Origin: Octopus sinensis | Taxonomy: Eukaryota | DNA: 64,000 nucleotides | Direction of reading: 5' to 3' | NCBI RefSeq assembly: GCF_006345805.1 | Contig: NW_021835477.1 | Span: 1 to 64,000 of the forward strand | Part shown: piece by piece, positions 37,868-52,145 of the stretch | How the letters are laid out: each line of letters starts with the position of its first letter | How positions within the stretch are numbered: position 1 is the stretch's first letter | Notes under the pieces: model-generated | Database searches by the model: none | Told to the model about the DNA's origin: nothing | Seen by the model: the letters and a program-made list of their open reading frames with translations, nothing else | Program-made: the position numbers and the translations under genes

Positions 37868-39827
37868 TATATATATTATATATATATATATATACTAAAT
37901 ATGATATATATAATATACATGCATATACAAATACACACATATTCAGAGAGAGAGAGAGAGAAAGGGATAGAGAGAGGAAAGAGTTGAGAAAAGGGGGGAG
38001 AGAGAGAGAGAAAGAGACAGTGAGTAAGTGAGCGAGGTGGGTTGGGAACGAAAGAATAAAGGAATAAAGAATTACATCAAGAAGAGAATAAAAGAAGAAT
38101 GGAATAAAAAAATTGAGGCGGAACGAGAGAGAAAAACAGACACGAGCGAGAGGAATGAAATAAGAGCGAAGAGAGGGGAGGAGGTAGCGAGGGAGGGAGG
38201 GAGGAGTGCAGTGGGGGAGAGACGGAGGAGAGCGCAAACGGAGAGACAGAGAGTGGGGAGTGCAATAGAAAGAGAAAGAGACAGAGAGACAGAGAGAGAG
38301 AGAAAGGGGTGGTGGCGAGGAGAGTAAAGTGAAGGGGAGGAAGCAGGCGTCAGCGTTAGTTTTTCGCGTGGAATACACGAAGGAGCCTGTTGATAGTAGA
38401 CGCTCTCACCGTGACTTTCGCCCCGTACGTGTGTGTGTGTGTGAGTGTGTGTGACCGTATGCTTGTGTAGATTAATACATATATATATATATATATATGT
38501 GCATAAATATACATATATAAATGTATATATATATGTATGTTTATATATAGAGACAGAAAAGCGCTTCTTCGAATTTCATCCACTCCAGATATTATAATTA
38601 TAATATCAATTAATATTTGTATATCTACACAAAAGTATATTTTTTGATATTTCATCAAAGGACTTCTCTCTGTTGGCCAATTTCCTGGATTTCGTTATAC
38701 ATACATATATATACACGTACATACATAGGTACATACATACATACATTTTATATATATATATATATATATTTGTTAGGGTGCACAATATTCGTATATAAAG
38801 GAAATAAAAGCACCCATTGTGTACATGCATATACTACTGCACACATGCACACGGACACACACAGATATTGACAAGCACCTACCCGGATAATTCGCATCGA
38901 TTTACTTAAAGCGGAAACAGAGAGAAGTAGGAGAATATAAACAAACTAAACAAAAAAAAATATAAAAGAAAAAATATATAAAAAAAAGAATCGAAGCCAA
39001 AGTTTGGACCGAAAGGGAACAATTTAATAAAAAGAAACAAACTTTAGACAAAAAATATATATAAAAAAATATATATATATAATAAGAAAATAAAAAAAAA
39101 ATAACAAACCGCAAAAATGGGGCGAAAAGCAAAAAATTATCAACAGACGAAATTTAAATGAATGGAAAAAAAAAATCTACATAAAATGATTATATTTATA
39201 TGAAAAATATATATAATATAGATATATGTATATATATGGATATACACACACATACACACATATAATATATATATAAAAGTACGTAGGAAGGAAATTTCAA
39301 AAAGGAAAAAATAAGTTCCCAAAATATTTGAAATATATAAAATAATAAAAGTATATATGAACATAAAACATATTAGCCCTCTCTCTGTTTATATCATGTC
39401 TTGAATATATATATGTATATATATTTATACACACGTATGTATATGTAAAAGAGAGAGGGAGAGAAGGAAAGATACACACACACACGCGCAAAATATACAC
39501 AAATATCACTGAAATATCTAAAAGAATCTCTATAAATTTGCCAAAAATACTGTCCTTTATTACGAAATGGACCCAGCAGTTCGGATTTCGCTGAGACTAG
39601 CTTTGATGCACACATCATGTGAGTTAATCGCTTAATTTGAAATTTCTTCTCTTCTTTTTTTCTTTTTGTCATAGCCGTATGTATATATATACCTGTAGGT
39701 GTTGTGTATGCCGTGTGTGTATGTGTGTGTGTGTGCGTGTGTGCATGGGTGAGTGTGTATATGTGTGTGTGTATTCGGAGAAACTTGCATGCGTGTATTT
39801 ATATTGCATGCACACCTATCTCTCATT

Positions 39828-39929
<102 letters not shown>

Positions 39930-40720
39930 TTCCGTTCGTCTGTCTACCTGCTTGTTTGTCTGTCTGTCTGTCTATCTATCAATCTATCTATCTGTATATA
40001 TGCGTGTGTATGTGCGTGTATGTATGTAAACATGTATGTATTCGTATGCATGTGTATGTATGTATGTATATATAAAGTAAAAGATAATAATATATAAAGT
40101 AAAAGATAATATATATGTATATATATATGTGCGTTTGTGAGTTATGTGTGTGTGTGTTCGCCCGTCCAAGTAAATGAATAAAATGTTTATCACAGAATTC
40201 ATAATTACCACACATACACACGTAAATATATATATATATATATACAGACACACACATACATATTATACTTATATATTCCACTATATACACTTCCGTAGAA
40301 CGGGTTGCAGCCCTGTGCGTTTTTATCATACAACATAAACAATGTAATTATAGACATCGTGCGCTCTCTCTTTCTCACTTCCTATAAATAAATATATACC
40401 ACACACATACACACACACATATATACACGCGTGTGCGAATGTGTATACGTATACACACACACACACTCTCGTATTTATATGATGTAATCTGGCGACAGCT
40501 ATGGGCAATGACCCTTCCTTCGTCGACGAAATATTAGAGAATGAAACCGTAAGCGCTTATATATATATGTATGTATACACATGTACACAAAGATAATTTT
40601 ATATCGTCTTCTGTAAATCTATGTATTGCTTACGTATAATAAACATACGTTCAGAGCAGGCTCACGTGTTATATACGTATACACATGTACCCATGTACAT
40701 ACAACATCCATCCATCCATA

Positions 40721-40763
<43 letters not shown>

Positions 40764-40785
40764 ATATGTATATATATACATATGT

Positions 40786-40876
<91 letters not shown>

Positions 40877-40965
40877 TGTATACATATGTATATATATACA
40901 TATGTATATATATATATATATACATATGTATATATATACATATGTATACATATACATATGTATAC

Positions 40966-41066
<101 letters not shown>

Positions 41067-41234
41067 CATATGTATATATATACATATTATACACACAACA
41101 CACACACATTACTACATTGTTTCAGCCACAATACGCACACATACACATAATACCAAATACATGTAAGCACACGCATACATCCATACACACATACGCACAC
41201 ATATAACTGTTCATACTTTAATACTTTGGACTGC

Positions 41235-41272
<38 letters not shown>

Positions 41273-42260
41273 CACAACCTCGGTGCGCGCTTACACACAC
41301 ACTACAATATTCACATACACATACATATATTTGTACACAAAATCCGTACACACATATACACGCACACACACACACACACACACACGCACACACACTTGCA
41401 CGTATGTATTACATCACAGGTAAATCCACAGAGAACAAAATCCGCGCGGAAGCGCGCGCGCAAACACACACGCTCAAAACACACGCATACAACACACACA
41501 TATAAATTTGTACATAATCACACTCAACACACATATACACACACATATATATACACTTATAGCGACATCCGCACACACGTATACTGACATATGGCAGTGT
41601 CTGTGCACACACACACGCACACACACGCACAGAGACTTCACTGCACACTCTTACACAAGTTACATATATACACGTACATACACACACACATACATTTACA
41701 CATTTGTACAGATACATGCGTTTATACACGTTCATATATTAATATACATACACATACAAGCACTAACACACACACGTAACATTCGCACTCACACACACAC
41801 CAACGGCCATACACAGAAACACACATTACTAACGACACATACACACACAGATTTAATCATATAAACACATATATACATATGCCCTAACACACATTCAAAT
41901 GCACCGATATCAACATATACAAACACACACACATACACACACATATACAAACACACTGCCAATACACATACACTAATACAAATACCCATAGACACACACA
42001 CACAGACACATACACATACACCAATAACACACACAGCTACAATCTACATACAAACACACGCTACAGATACATATACAAATGCACACACATACAAACACAC
42101 ATGCACACACATATATACACACACATATACACACACATATATACAAACACATGCAGACGCACACATACAATTATACACACACATTTAAGCACATACACAC
42201 ACACACACATTCAAACATCAACAGCACACACACACACACACACATACACATACACACACA

Positions 42261-42291
<31 letters not shown>

Positions 42292-42845
42292 CACATTAAA
42301 AAGCCAAAATGAAATGTTTATAATTTTCATAAGATTCGAAACCGCGACTTCGTATCTTCTGCAACCAGTTTTGCTGATTTGAACAGTTTTTTTACCTGAC
42401 TTTCCCCAACATACATTGTTAATGTTCAGAAGAGGCATGAGATTCACAACATCACATTTTTTTGCATCAAATCTATATTTACACCTCCCCCACCAAACAC
42501 CTCTGCAGAATATCTGTGTGTGTATGTGTGTGGCTATCGTGGTATATGAACAGATGTGTATGTGTGTATGCAATTGTGTATGTGTACGGTTCTTGTGATA
42601 CATGTAAAGGTGTGCATGTGTGTGTGTGCGCGCGGATGTGTGTGTGTGTGTGTAATGACGTATGTATAACGTATACGGGTGTCGTAGAGTATTTATAGAA
42701 CTTTTATATACATGTGTGTGTGTGTTTATATATGTGTGTGTATTATATATAGAGATGCGTTATATATATATATAGGTGTGTTTATATATGTGTGTGTGTG
42801 TTATATATAGGGGCTTGTTATATATATAGGTGGGTTGATATATAG

Positions 42846-42884
<39 letters not shown>

Positions 42885-43080
42885 GATGTTTGTTTATGTG
42901 TATAGGTATATGTACTTCTACGTACATTTTTGTATATGTGTACCATTGTAGCGTAGGTAGGTTGTGTGTACGGATGATGAGATGTGTTTGTACGCACAGA
43001 TGTTGTGTGTGTATGTATGTATGTGTAAGTTTTGTATATGTATATATGTGTACAGAGGTTATAATGTACCAGAGAAATAC

Positions 43081-44095
43081 GGGGGGATAGAGTTAATATT
43101 CCTATAAATCATCCAAGACGTCGATGGAATTATAATAGAAGACAAACACTGAATTTATTCTACATGCCTCTGGGGGTTGATCTAATAAAGTACCAGTGAA
43201 ATACTGGGGTAGATTTAATATTCCTATACAATCATCCTACATGTTGATGGAATACCAGACTACATGTTAATGGAATACTGGAATAGAAGACCAAGTTTAC
43301 GTTTCGTCTTTTTGGGGTTGATCAAACCATGTACCAATGTAACGCCGGAGTTGGTTTAATATTCAGACAGAAACATCTCTGATATGCTTGGAATTATAAC
43401 GAAGGACAAGGACTAACTTTAGCTTTCATCCTTCGCAGCTGAAATACTGGGATAGGTTTAATATTCCCATAGAAACATCCTAAAAGTGCTTGGAATTATG
43501 ATGGAAGACTAAGACAAACTTTATCTTTCGTCCTTGCGGGGTTGACCAAATAAAGTAACAGCGCAAAACTGGGGTAGATTTAATATTCCTATAGAAACAT
43601 CCTAGAAGTTCTTGGAATTATGATGGAAGACTAGGACAAACTTTACCTTTCGTCCTTGCGGGGTTGACCAAATAAAGTAACAGCGCAAAACTGGGGTAGA
43701 TTTAATATTCCTATAGAAACATCCTAGAAGTTCTTGGAATTATGATGGAATACTAGGACAAACTTTACCTTTCGTCCTTGCGGGGTTGACCAAATAAAGT
43801 AACAGCGCAAAACTGGGGTAGATTTAATATTCCTATAGAAACATCCTAGAAGTTCTTGGAATTATGATGGAATACTAGGACAAACTTTACCTTTCGTCCT
43901 TGCGGGGTTGACCAAATAAAGTAACAGCGCAAAACTGGGGTAGATTTAATATTCCTATAGAAACATCCTAGAAGTTCTTGGAATTATGATGGAAGACTAG
44001 GACAAACTTTACCTTTCGTCCTTGTGGGGTTGACCAAATAAAGTAACAGCGCAATACTGGGGTAGATTTAATATGCCTATAGAAACTTCCTACAT
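43081..44095 (+). repeat. 122-bp tandem satellite (about 8 units) derived partly from the SINE family A core
   Basis: ggggtagatttaatattcc anchors at 43571, 43693, 43815, 43937, 44059 (exact 122 period); degenerate units at about 43083, 43206, 43347, 43449. Confidence 0.9.
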
Positions 44096-44169
44096 AGAAG
44101 ACCAAACGGATTTCGGAAGGCTAAAAGGACAAAGTATTCTTCTTTGGATATAAGCTATGCCACGTTAAT

Positions 44170-44300
44170 GTCTGGTTGCAGAATCTGGCAAAGAGTCGGA
44201 CAAAATGCCTTGCGTTGTTTCTTCCGATATTTCGCGTTCTGAGTTGCAATCCGACCAAGATCAACTTTGCGCTTCATCCTCCGAGGGTCTATAAAACCAA
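44170..44300 (+). mobile_element. Degenerate SINE family A head and core
   Basis: gcgttctgagttgcaatccgaccaagatcaactttgcgcttcatcct. Confidence 0.6.
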
Positions 44301-45109
44301 GCACCCAGTCAAGTGTGAGTCGTGTGTGTTGTGGGGTGGGGTGGGGTGGGGGTTTTGGTCAAGCGAATCGATTAAAACCGTTCTCCAAAAATTGCTGACC
44401 TTGCGCTTAAATTCGAAACAATTATGACAAGGTAATGAGCAGGCAGAACCGTTAGCGCGTCGAACAAAATGCTTAGCAGCATTTCGTCCGTCTCGAAGTT
44501 CTGACCTTCAATCATGATCATGATCATGATGATCTTCATCCTCCTCCTCCTCCTCCTCCTCCTCCTCATCATCATCATCATCATCATCATCATTATTATC
44601 ATTATTATTATTATTATTATTTTATTATTATTATTATTATTGTGAAAGACACACTCCGTAAACTAACGACAGATATTTGCGGGTATCGTTTGCTCAAGTT
44701 GTGTATTCAAATCTTGCTAAATATCAGTAATATAAACGGGTCTTTCTTAAATCAAGTTTTTGGAGTTGTGCTCAAGCTAGAGAAGCATCATCATCATCAT
44801 CAACAACAACAATAAAAGTTAACAGTAGTATGTGTGTGTGTGTGTGTGTATTGATTAGTTATAGGATTCAATAGAATCTAGGCAGATGAACACGTAGGAC
44901 GCCAGAAATGGTTAGGCACAACAACACAGGATTCTTAGTGAGGTAAAACAACGAAGGTGTCAACTGTATTTTATAGGATATATTGTAGATATGTCGGGAT
45001 CAAATCTCATTTAAACCGTAGACCCGACTGGGGGCTGGTTCTGGGTGTGGCGAACAAATGGAAAAAAAACACACAAATGCATTTGTGTATTTGTGTGTGT
45101 GCATGTATG

Positions 45110-45754
45110 TAGTGTATGTATGTATGTATGTATGTATGTATGTGTATGTGTGTCTGTGTATGTGTCTATGTATGTGTATGTATGTGTGTGTATGTGTGTA
45201 CGTACATATGTATGTATGCATGTATGTATGTATGTATGTATGTGTGTGTGTGTGTGTATGTAGGTATGTATGTGTGTATGTATGTGTGTATGCATGTATG
45301 CGTGTGTGTATGTATGTGAGTATGTGAGCGTATGTGTATGTATGTGTGTGTGTATGTATGTATATATGTATGTATGTATGTGTATGTGTGTCTGTGTATG
45401 TGTCTATGTATGTGTATGTATGTGTGTGTATGTGTGTACGTACATATGTATGTATGTATGCATGTATGTATGTATGTATGTATGTGTGTATGTATGTGTG
45501 TATGCATGTATGCGTGTGTATGTATGTGAGTATGTGAGCGTATGTGTATGTATGTGTGTGTGTATGTACGTATGTATGTATGAATGTTTGTTCGTGTGTA
45601 TGCATGTATGTTTGTATGCATGTATATATGTGTGTGTGTATATGTGTGTACGTGTGTATGCATGCATGTATTGCTGTGGTTGAAGGAAGGGACAGTGTCC
45701 TGTGTTCGCAGAACATCCGAGAAACGACCTTCTAGAAGAGGAAGACCGAACATA

Positions 45755-45792
<38 letters not shown>

Positions 45793-45884
45793 CTATGCGT
45801 TACATCTGTACGGAATGAAACGTGTTAAATCATGCCGAACAATCAAAGTGGTTAGAATTTCATCTTCTGACTTAGCATTTCACT

Positions 45885-45926
<42 letters not shown>

Positions 45927-46444
45927 TTATACGCATACACTTTACACATCCACACACCGCACACACAACAAACCACCACTCACACACACTCACACACACC
46001 ACAACACACAACACACACCCACACCACACACACACACACACATGTAAACGCATACACCCATTTACACATCCACACACACGCACACACACACAACACACAC
46101 CACACACACTCACACACACACGACACACACACACACACACACCACACATTTACGCATACACCCATTTACACATCCACACACACACACCACACACAAACAC
46201 ACCTCACACACACCACACACACTCACACACACAACACACACCACACACACACATTTATACGCATACACCCATTTACACATCCACACACACGCACACACAC
46301 ACAAACACACACTCACACACACTCACACACACTCACACACACAACACACACACACACACACACACATTTATACGCATACACCCATTTACACATCCACACA
46401 CACGCACACACACACAAACACACACTCACACACACTCACACACA

Positions 46445-46481
<37 letters not shown>

Positions 46482-46607
46482 TCATACGCATACACCCATT
46501 TACACATCCACACACACGCACACACAAACACACACTTACACACACTCACACACACAACACACACATACACACACACACATTCATACACATCCACCCATTT
46601 ACACATC

Positions 46608-46640
<33 letters not shown>
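45110..46640. repeat. Higher-order (TATG/TG)n and (CA)n minisatellite blocks
   Basis: Recurrent anchors such as cacatttatacgcatacacccatttacacatcc. Confidence 0.85.
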
Positions 46641-46645
<5 letters not shown>

Positions 46646-46920
46646 ATGAAACTGAATAATGTTGTTCACATTGATGAAGCACCCGGGGTGTTGATATCTA
46701 AATATTTATATTGTGTATATAGGGAGAGGATTCTGTAAATACAACAGGCTGCATATACACATGCGCGTGTATGTGTGTGTCTATATATACACATACACGT
46801 ACACACGCACATACGTTTATGCGCGCGCGCGTGTGTTTGCGTGAATGTGTGTGTGTGTGTTTAATGGTTTCACACACGTGTGAATTGCAATCAGGCCCAA
46901 AATGTACTCAATACCTTTAG

Positions 46921-47745
46921 GTGCAGTCGTAGCAAGAAGTGGTAAGAAGCTTGCTTCCCAACCATATGGTTCCGGGTTCAGTCCCACTGCGTGTCACCTT
47001 GGATAGGTGTCTTCTACTATAGCCTCGGGCCGACCAAACGACCAAAGCCTTGTGAGTGGATTTGTTAGGCGGAAACTGAAAGAAGCCCGTTATACATATA
47101 TATATATATTTATTTATAATTATATTAAGGGCATTACTATACATAAATACCTCACGCTAAATATATTCAGATTACTCTGTTAAATGTAATACTTTTTCAC
47201 TCAAATTGTTTTTAATTAATCCTGCATTATCTTATAGCTTTGAGGTTTCAGTGATGTGATTGTTTATTTTTAGCATGACATTGTAGGTTAAGTGTGAGAG
47301 GCTAGATATGGCCAGTTTGAATATAAAACATTTAGAATATTTGGGCCGGATATGGCCGGTTTAAACACTAAAGGGTTAAAGGGAATAATTAATAAATTTT
47401 CCCCTTATGAGGTTTTTCACGTTAACTACTTGAAAATTTCTTATAAAGATTTTATCCTATTTTTCAATTTTATATATATATATATATGCGTGTGTGTGTG
47501 TATTGTGTGTGTGTGTCTATATTTGTCCGCCCTAGCCACCGCTTGGCAACCGGTGCTGGTGTGTTTGCGTCCCCGTAAGCTAGCGGTTCAGCTAAAAGAG
47601 CCCGATAGAGTAAATACCAAGATTAAAAGGGAAAAAAAAAGAAACAAGTATTGGTTTCGTTTCATTCGACTAAAGCCAAATTCTTCAAGGCGGTGCCCCA
47701 GCATGGCCACAATCTCAATGACTAAGACGAGTAAAAGACAAGAAC
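46921..47745 (+). mobile_element. SINE family B split at its central (TA)n by a nested MITE
   Basis: 5' half 46921-47100 (gtggtaagaagcttgcttcccaacc...gggttcagtccc); 3' half 47500-47745. Confidence 0.75.
47160..47379. mobile_element. TTAA-ended (piggyBac-like) MITE relic
   Basis: Right end ...taaagggTTAA; left end degenerate. Confidence 0.5.
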
Positions 47746-48059
47746 TGGAAAAAAAAAAAAAAATGTATAAATAAATAAATAGTGTTATCATTGATTCAGC
47801 GATGAGTCAGCGCGAGTCAGCGCGAGTCACGACTCGGGAGTCTCACGTTTTCACTTCCACGAACCACCACACAAACACACAGTTTGTGTTTCGCTTTGGT
47901 GGCGATGGTGGAGTCGGGAAGAGTCATGTCCGGGGGGTGGAGATGACAAGGAGGGTGGGGTTTTTTTTTTGTTGCTGGTATAAACTGTTGTTGTTGTTGC
48001 TCTAATTGTGTTAATCGTTTTGGCGTTCCTACTCGTTAATAATCTTATTCATATTGCTG

Positions 48060-48237
48060 CTGCCGTTGCTGCTACTATTACTACAACAACTACTACTACT
48101 ACTACAACTACTACAACTACTACTACAACTACTACTACTACAACTACTACTACAACTACTACTACTACTACTACTACAACTACTACTACTACAACTACTA
48201 CTACTACAACTACTACTACTACAACTACTACTACAAC

Positions 48238-48270
<33 letters not shown>

Positions 48271-48357
48271 CAACAACAACAACAACAACCCAACAACAAC
48301 AACAACAACAACAACAACACCAACAACAACAACAACACAACAACAACAACAACAACA

Positions 48358-48397
<40 letters not shown>

Positions 48398-48400
48398 TCT
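48060..48400. repeat. (ACT)n/(ACA)n microsatellite
   Basis: Direct inspection. Confidence 0.95.
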
Positions 48401-49231
48401 TCCGTCTTACCAAATTTGTTATTTTATTATATTTTCTCTCTCATTCCTCCGTCTCTTCTCTGTCTTTCTCTCTCTCTCTCTCACTCTCCTCCTCCTCCAC
48501 CTCTTCTTCTTCTTCTCTTCTTCTTCTTCCTCTTCTTCTTCTTCCTCTTCTTCTCGTTGTCCTCTCGCGCGTCCTTCCTCCCCCGGTCACCGCTCCTCCC
48601 TCCCTCGCTCTCCTCTCAAACCTGTTACATAATAACCAAAACCCGAGTCTTTGTCCGCGTGATGCAACTACGGGGTGGCACCATCGCCATCCACCCTTAC
48701 ACCCACCCTTACCGCTACCCCTCCACTCCACAACCGCCACCACCACCGTCATCGCATCTACCCGACATCTATACTTAGATATTAACCTCCGTCCTCCCTA
48801 CCACCACCGGCTTCACCATCTCCCCTCTTAAACCACTACTCACCATTACTAACACCACCACCACCCCTACCACGCCTCCAACCACCACCATCTACCCAGT
48901 AACCATCCTTGTTACTACCCCAACAAACACTAAAGCCACCGCCACCACCCTATATCGAACACTCACCTTATGCTACCTGGTTCACCAACTGCTCACATCG
49001 CATCTACTAACCCCACCACTGCGAAGTTCCTTACATCCAACACACAATGTCTACTGTCCACCCTGGAATACATTATCCAGAGTGTTCTTCATTTTATCAG
49101 ACACCGGGGTATAACATTTGGGAGATTTGGTTGCTATTTCTAGCAGGCGAGGTAACCTCGTAAAAGCACGCTCGTTGACTCTTTACCACTATATAACTAC
49201 CAGCAATATACTGGGGGTAAATCTCAGTCGC

Positions 49232-49590
49232 AGGCATGGCTGTGTGGTAAGAAGTTCGTTTGCCAACCATACATTTTCGAGTTCAATCCTTCTACTAGAG
49301 CTTCGGGCGGACAAAAGGATTGTGATTAGATTTGGGCGACGGAAACTGAAAGAAACCCGCCGTATATACACATGTATGTAGCTGTGTGTCTGTATATGTA
49401 TATGTGTGCTTGTGTTTGTCCCCACTCACAACGCTTGACAACCGATGTTGGTTTGGTTACATCCTCGCAACACACTGATTCAGCAAAAGTGATCGATAAA
49501 ATAAGCACAACGCTTAAAAATAAATACTAGGGTTTGATTTGTTTGGCTAAACCTTTCAAAACGATGCCCCAGCATGGCCGCAGTCTAATG
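49232..49590 (+). mobile_element. SINE family B
   Basis: ggcatggctgtgtggtaag head, cggaaactgaaagaaacccg core, ccagcatggccgcagtc tail. Confidence 0.8.
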
Positions 49591-49598
49591 TAAACGAT

Positions 49599-49641
<43 letters not shown>

Positions 49642-49747
49642 GGGATGAAAGGACCGAAGGATTCGTGCGTTACACTTCCCAAAATGTGTGTGTGTGTGTG
49701 TGTGTGTGTGGTTGTGCATGAATATGTATATATATATATATACATAT

Positions 49748-50125
49748 AGGCGCAGGAGTGGCTGTGTGATATATAGCTTGCTTACCGACCATATGGTCCC
49801 GGGTTCAGTCTTCTACTATAGCCTCGAGTCGACCAAAGCCTTGTGAGTGGATTTGGTCGACGGAAACTGCAAGAAGCCCGTCGTGTATGTTATATATATA
49901 TGTATATGTATGTGTGTGTGTGTGTTTGTGTATCAGTTTATTCCCCACAACATCGCTTGACAACCGATGCTGGTGTGTTTACGTCCCCGTATCTTAGCGG
50001 TTCGGCAAAAGAGACCGATGGAATAAGTACTAGGCTTAGAAAGAATAAGCTCTGGGATCGATTTGCTCGACTGAAGGCGGTGCTCCAGCATGGCCGCAGT
50101 CAAATGACTGAAACAAGTAACAGAG
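49748..50125 (+). mobile_element. SINE family B
   Basis: ggcgcaggagtggctgtgtg head through aatgactgaaacaagtaa tail. Confidence 0.85.
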
Positions 50126-50220
50126 TAAAAGAGTCTCTATCTATGGCGTATTTATATGTGTGTGTATATTTGTATGCGTATGAATACATATATATGCATA
50201 TAAGTATATGTGTATGCTCT

Positions 50221-50252
<32 letters not shown>

Positions 50253-50400
50253 TATACACGCACATACATACTCACATGCATATATGTATACATACACATA
50301 TACACATATTCTTAACATGAAACCAATGATAGCTGTAATACACAAATAAAGAAATTTTATCCACCAATGATGTGTTGAGCTCCCATTCTCAGCGTTCCAC

Positions 50401-50431
<31 letters not shown>

Positions 50432-51032
50432 GAACACCGGTTTGCATTTATGTACTTCAATATTCTACCTGAAAACTCCCTCCTCGAGAGAGAAAACGGA
50501 AAACGAGCTTAGCCATTATCTGTTCAAAAATATTGGGATTTAGTTTAGGTGAGTGGTTGTGACATGCGCTGATTGCTTTTGATAAATTAGGCAATTAGCA
50601 TCGCGCAACTCTTGTCTCTTGTTGATAACCGGATTTAATTTGTTTTCCTTTTTTTAGTAACACTAATGATATGCCATCGTCAAATATCCAACTGAATCCA
50701 ACCATTTGCACTCCCACCCCACCGCACATATTCACATACGCTCAACTTCTCCAGTTTTTCTTGATAAGAGTATTTTGTAGCCGAAATGTCAAAAATATGA
50801 CTGTTTTAAATTCATTTTGATTCCTTTATTGCCCCACTCCACTGCAGTGTTTTTCTAAAACAGTTCTGAATCTATCCCGCAATGCTGTGCATACTGACTC
50901 TGACAAGCTTACATTAAATTTACAAATGCCTGCGGAATACTCAACCCCTCACAGTATACGGATAGATAGATACAAAGACAGATTAAAATGGATACTCTGT
51001 TGGCTACAGCATTCTGTACGTTTAATGTAATT

Positions 51033-51390
51033 TTTATTTCTTTATTGCCCACAAGGGGCCAAACATAGAGGGGGCAAACAACGACAGACAAAGGGATCAA
51101 GTCGATTACATCGATCCCAGTGCGTAACTGGTACTTAATTTATCCAGACGAAATACCTATTTCTTTACTACCCACAAGGGGCTAAACACAGAAGGGACAA
51201 ACAGGGACAGACAAACGGATTAAGTCGATTATATCGACCCCAGTGCGTAACTGGTACTTATTTAATCGACCCCGAAAGGATGAAAGGCAAAGTAGACCTC
51301 AGCGGAATTTGAACTCAGAACGTAGCGGCAGACGAAATACGGATACAAATTTCACCCGGCGTGCTAACGTTTCTGCCAGCTCGCCGCCTT
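51033..51390 (-). mobile_element. SINE family A dimer flanked by one 15-bp TSD
   Basis: TSD acgtttaatgtaatt at 51018-51032 and 51391-51405; internal junction gacgaaatacctatttc at about 51147-51163. Confidence 0.88.
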
Positions 51391-51989
51391 ACGTTTAATG
51401 TAATTCTGCAAGTATGGCACACACGTGGATTGCCGTTTGAATTACGGGTACAATGCCTCCAACAGACTTCCACCCTGTTTTCGTGTCTACAATTTCCGAC
51501 TCTCAAGATTTGGATCAATTCAAGACCAATGACATCAAATTGGCACACTGCGGGATAGAAACCGAGACAGCATTTTTAACATGAATGTCTTAAGTACTCA
51601 ACCTTCTTACGTTAGAGGAAGATATTTTATACACAGCATTGTGGAATAGATTCAAAACTGCTTTAGAAAGACACTGCATGAAATGGAGAAACAAGAATAT
51701 CAAACGTAAAACAAAGTTTTACCTTATATTTCGCGTATAAAAGCTCTTATTCATGAGGCTGTAATAAAAGCTTTTATTCGACGAGGGCACTACTAAGTGG
51801 TTGCCTTGCTTATTGGAAATAGCAGTCATATGTGGAAGAAAAGAAGGGCACATCGGATAATGTAGTCCATGGTGTCGGTGGCGATGGGGATGTAATATTG
51901 TTTGAAGAGTTTAAAGTATATCTAAATACTTCCCATGAGTTACGTGTATTGTTTAATTTTCGTTTGAACTGCCAATCTAAGTGATTTCC

Positions 51990-52145
51990 ATGGCTGTGTG
52001 GTAAGAAGCTTGTTTTCCAGTCACATGGTTCCGTGTTCAGTTCTACTGCGTGGCACGTTGGGCAAGTGTATTTTATTATAGCTTTGGGCCAACAAAAGAT
52101 TTGTGAGTAGGTCTAACAAACGGAAACTGAAAGAATCCCGTTGCA
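51990..52145 (+). mobile_element. SINE family B 5' half
   Basis: catggctgtgtggtaagaagcttg...gttcagttctactgcgtggcac. Confidence 0.75.

Noticed and set aside
43081-44095. CRISPR-like array
   Set aside because: Units are whole tandem repeats with no unique spacers; eukaryotic context and no cas genes.
44333-44352. G-quadruplex (GGGGT)n
   Set aside because: Real motif but short and between SINE relics; no evidence of function.
51440-51580. CR1/L2 3' end (SQDLDQFKT)
   Set aside because: Too short and degenerate to support.
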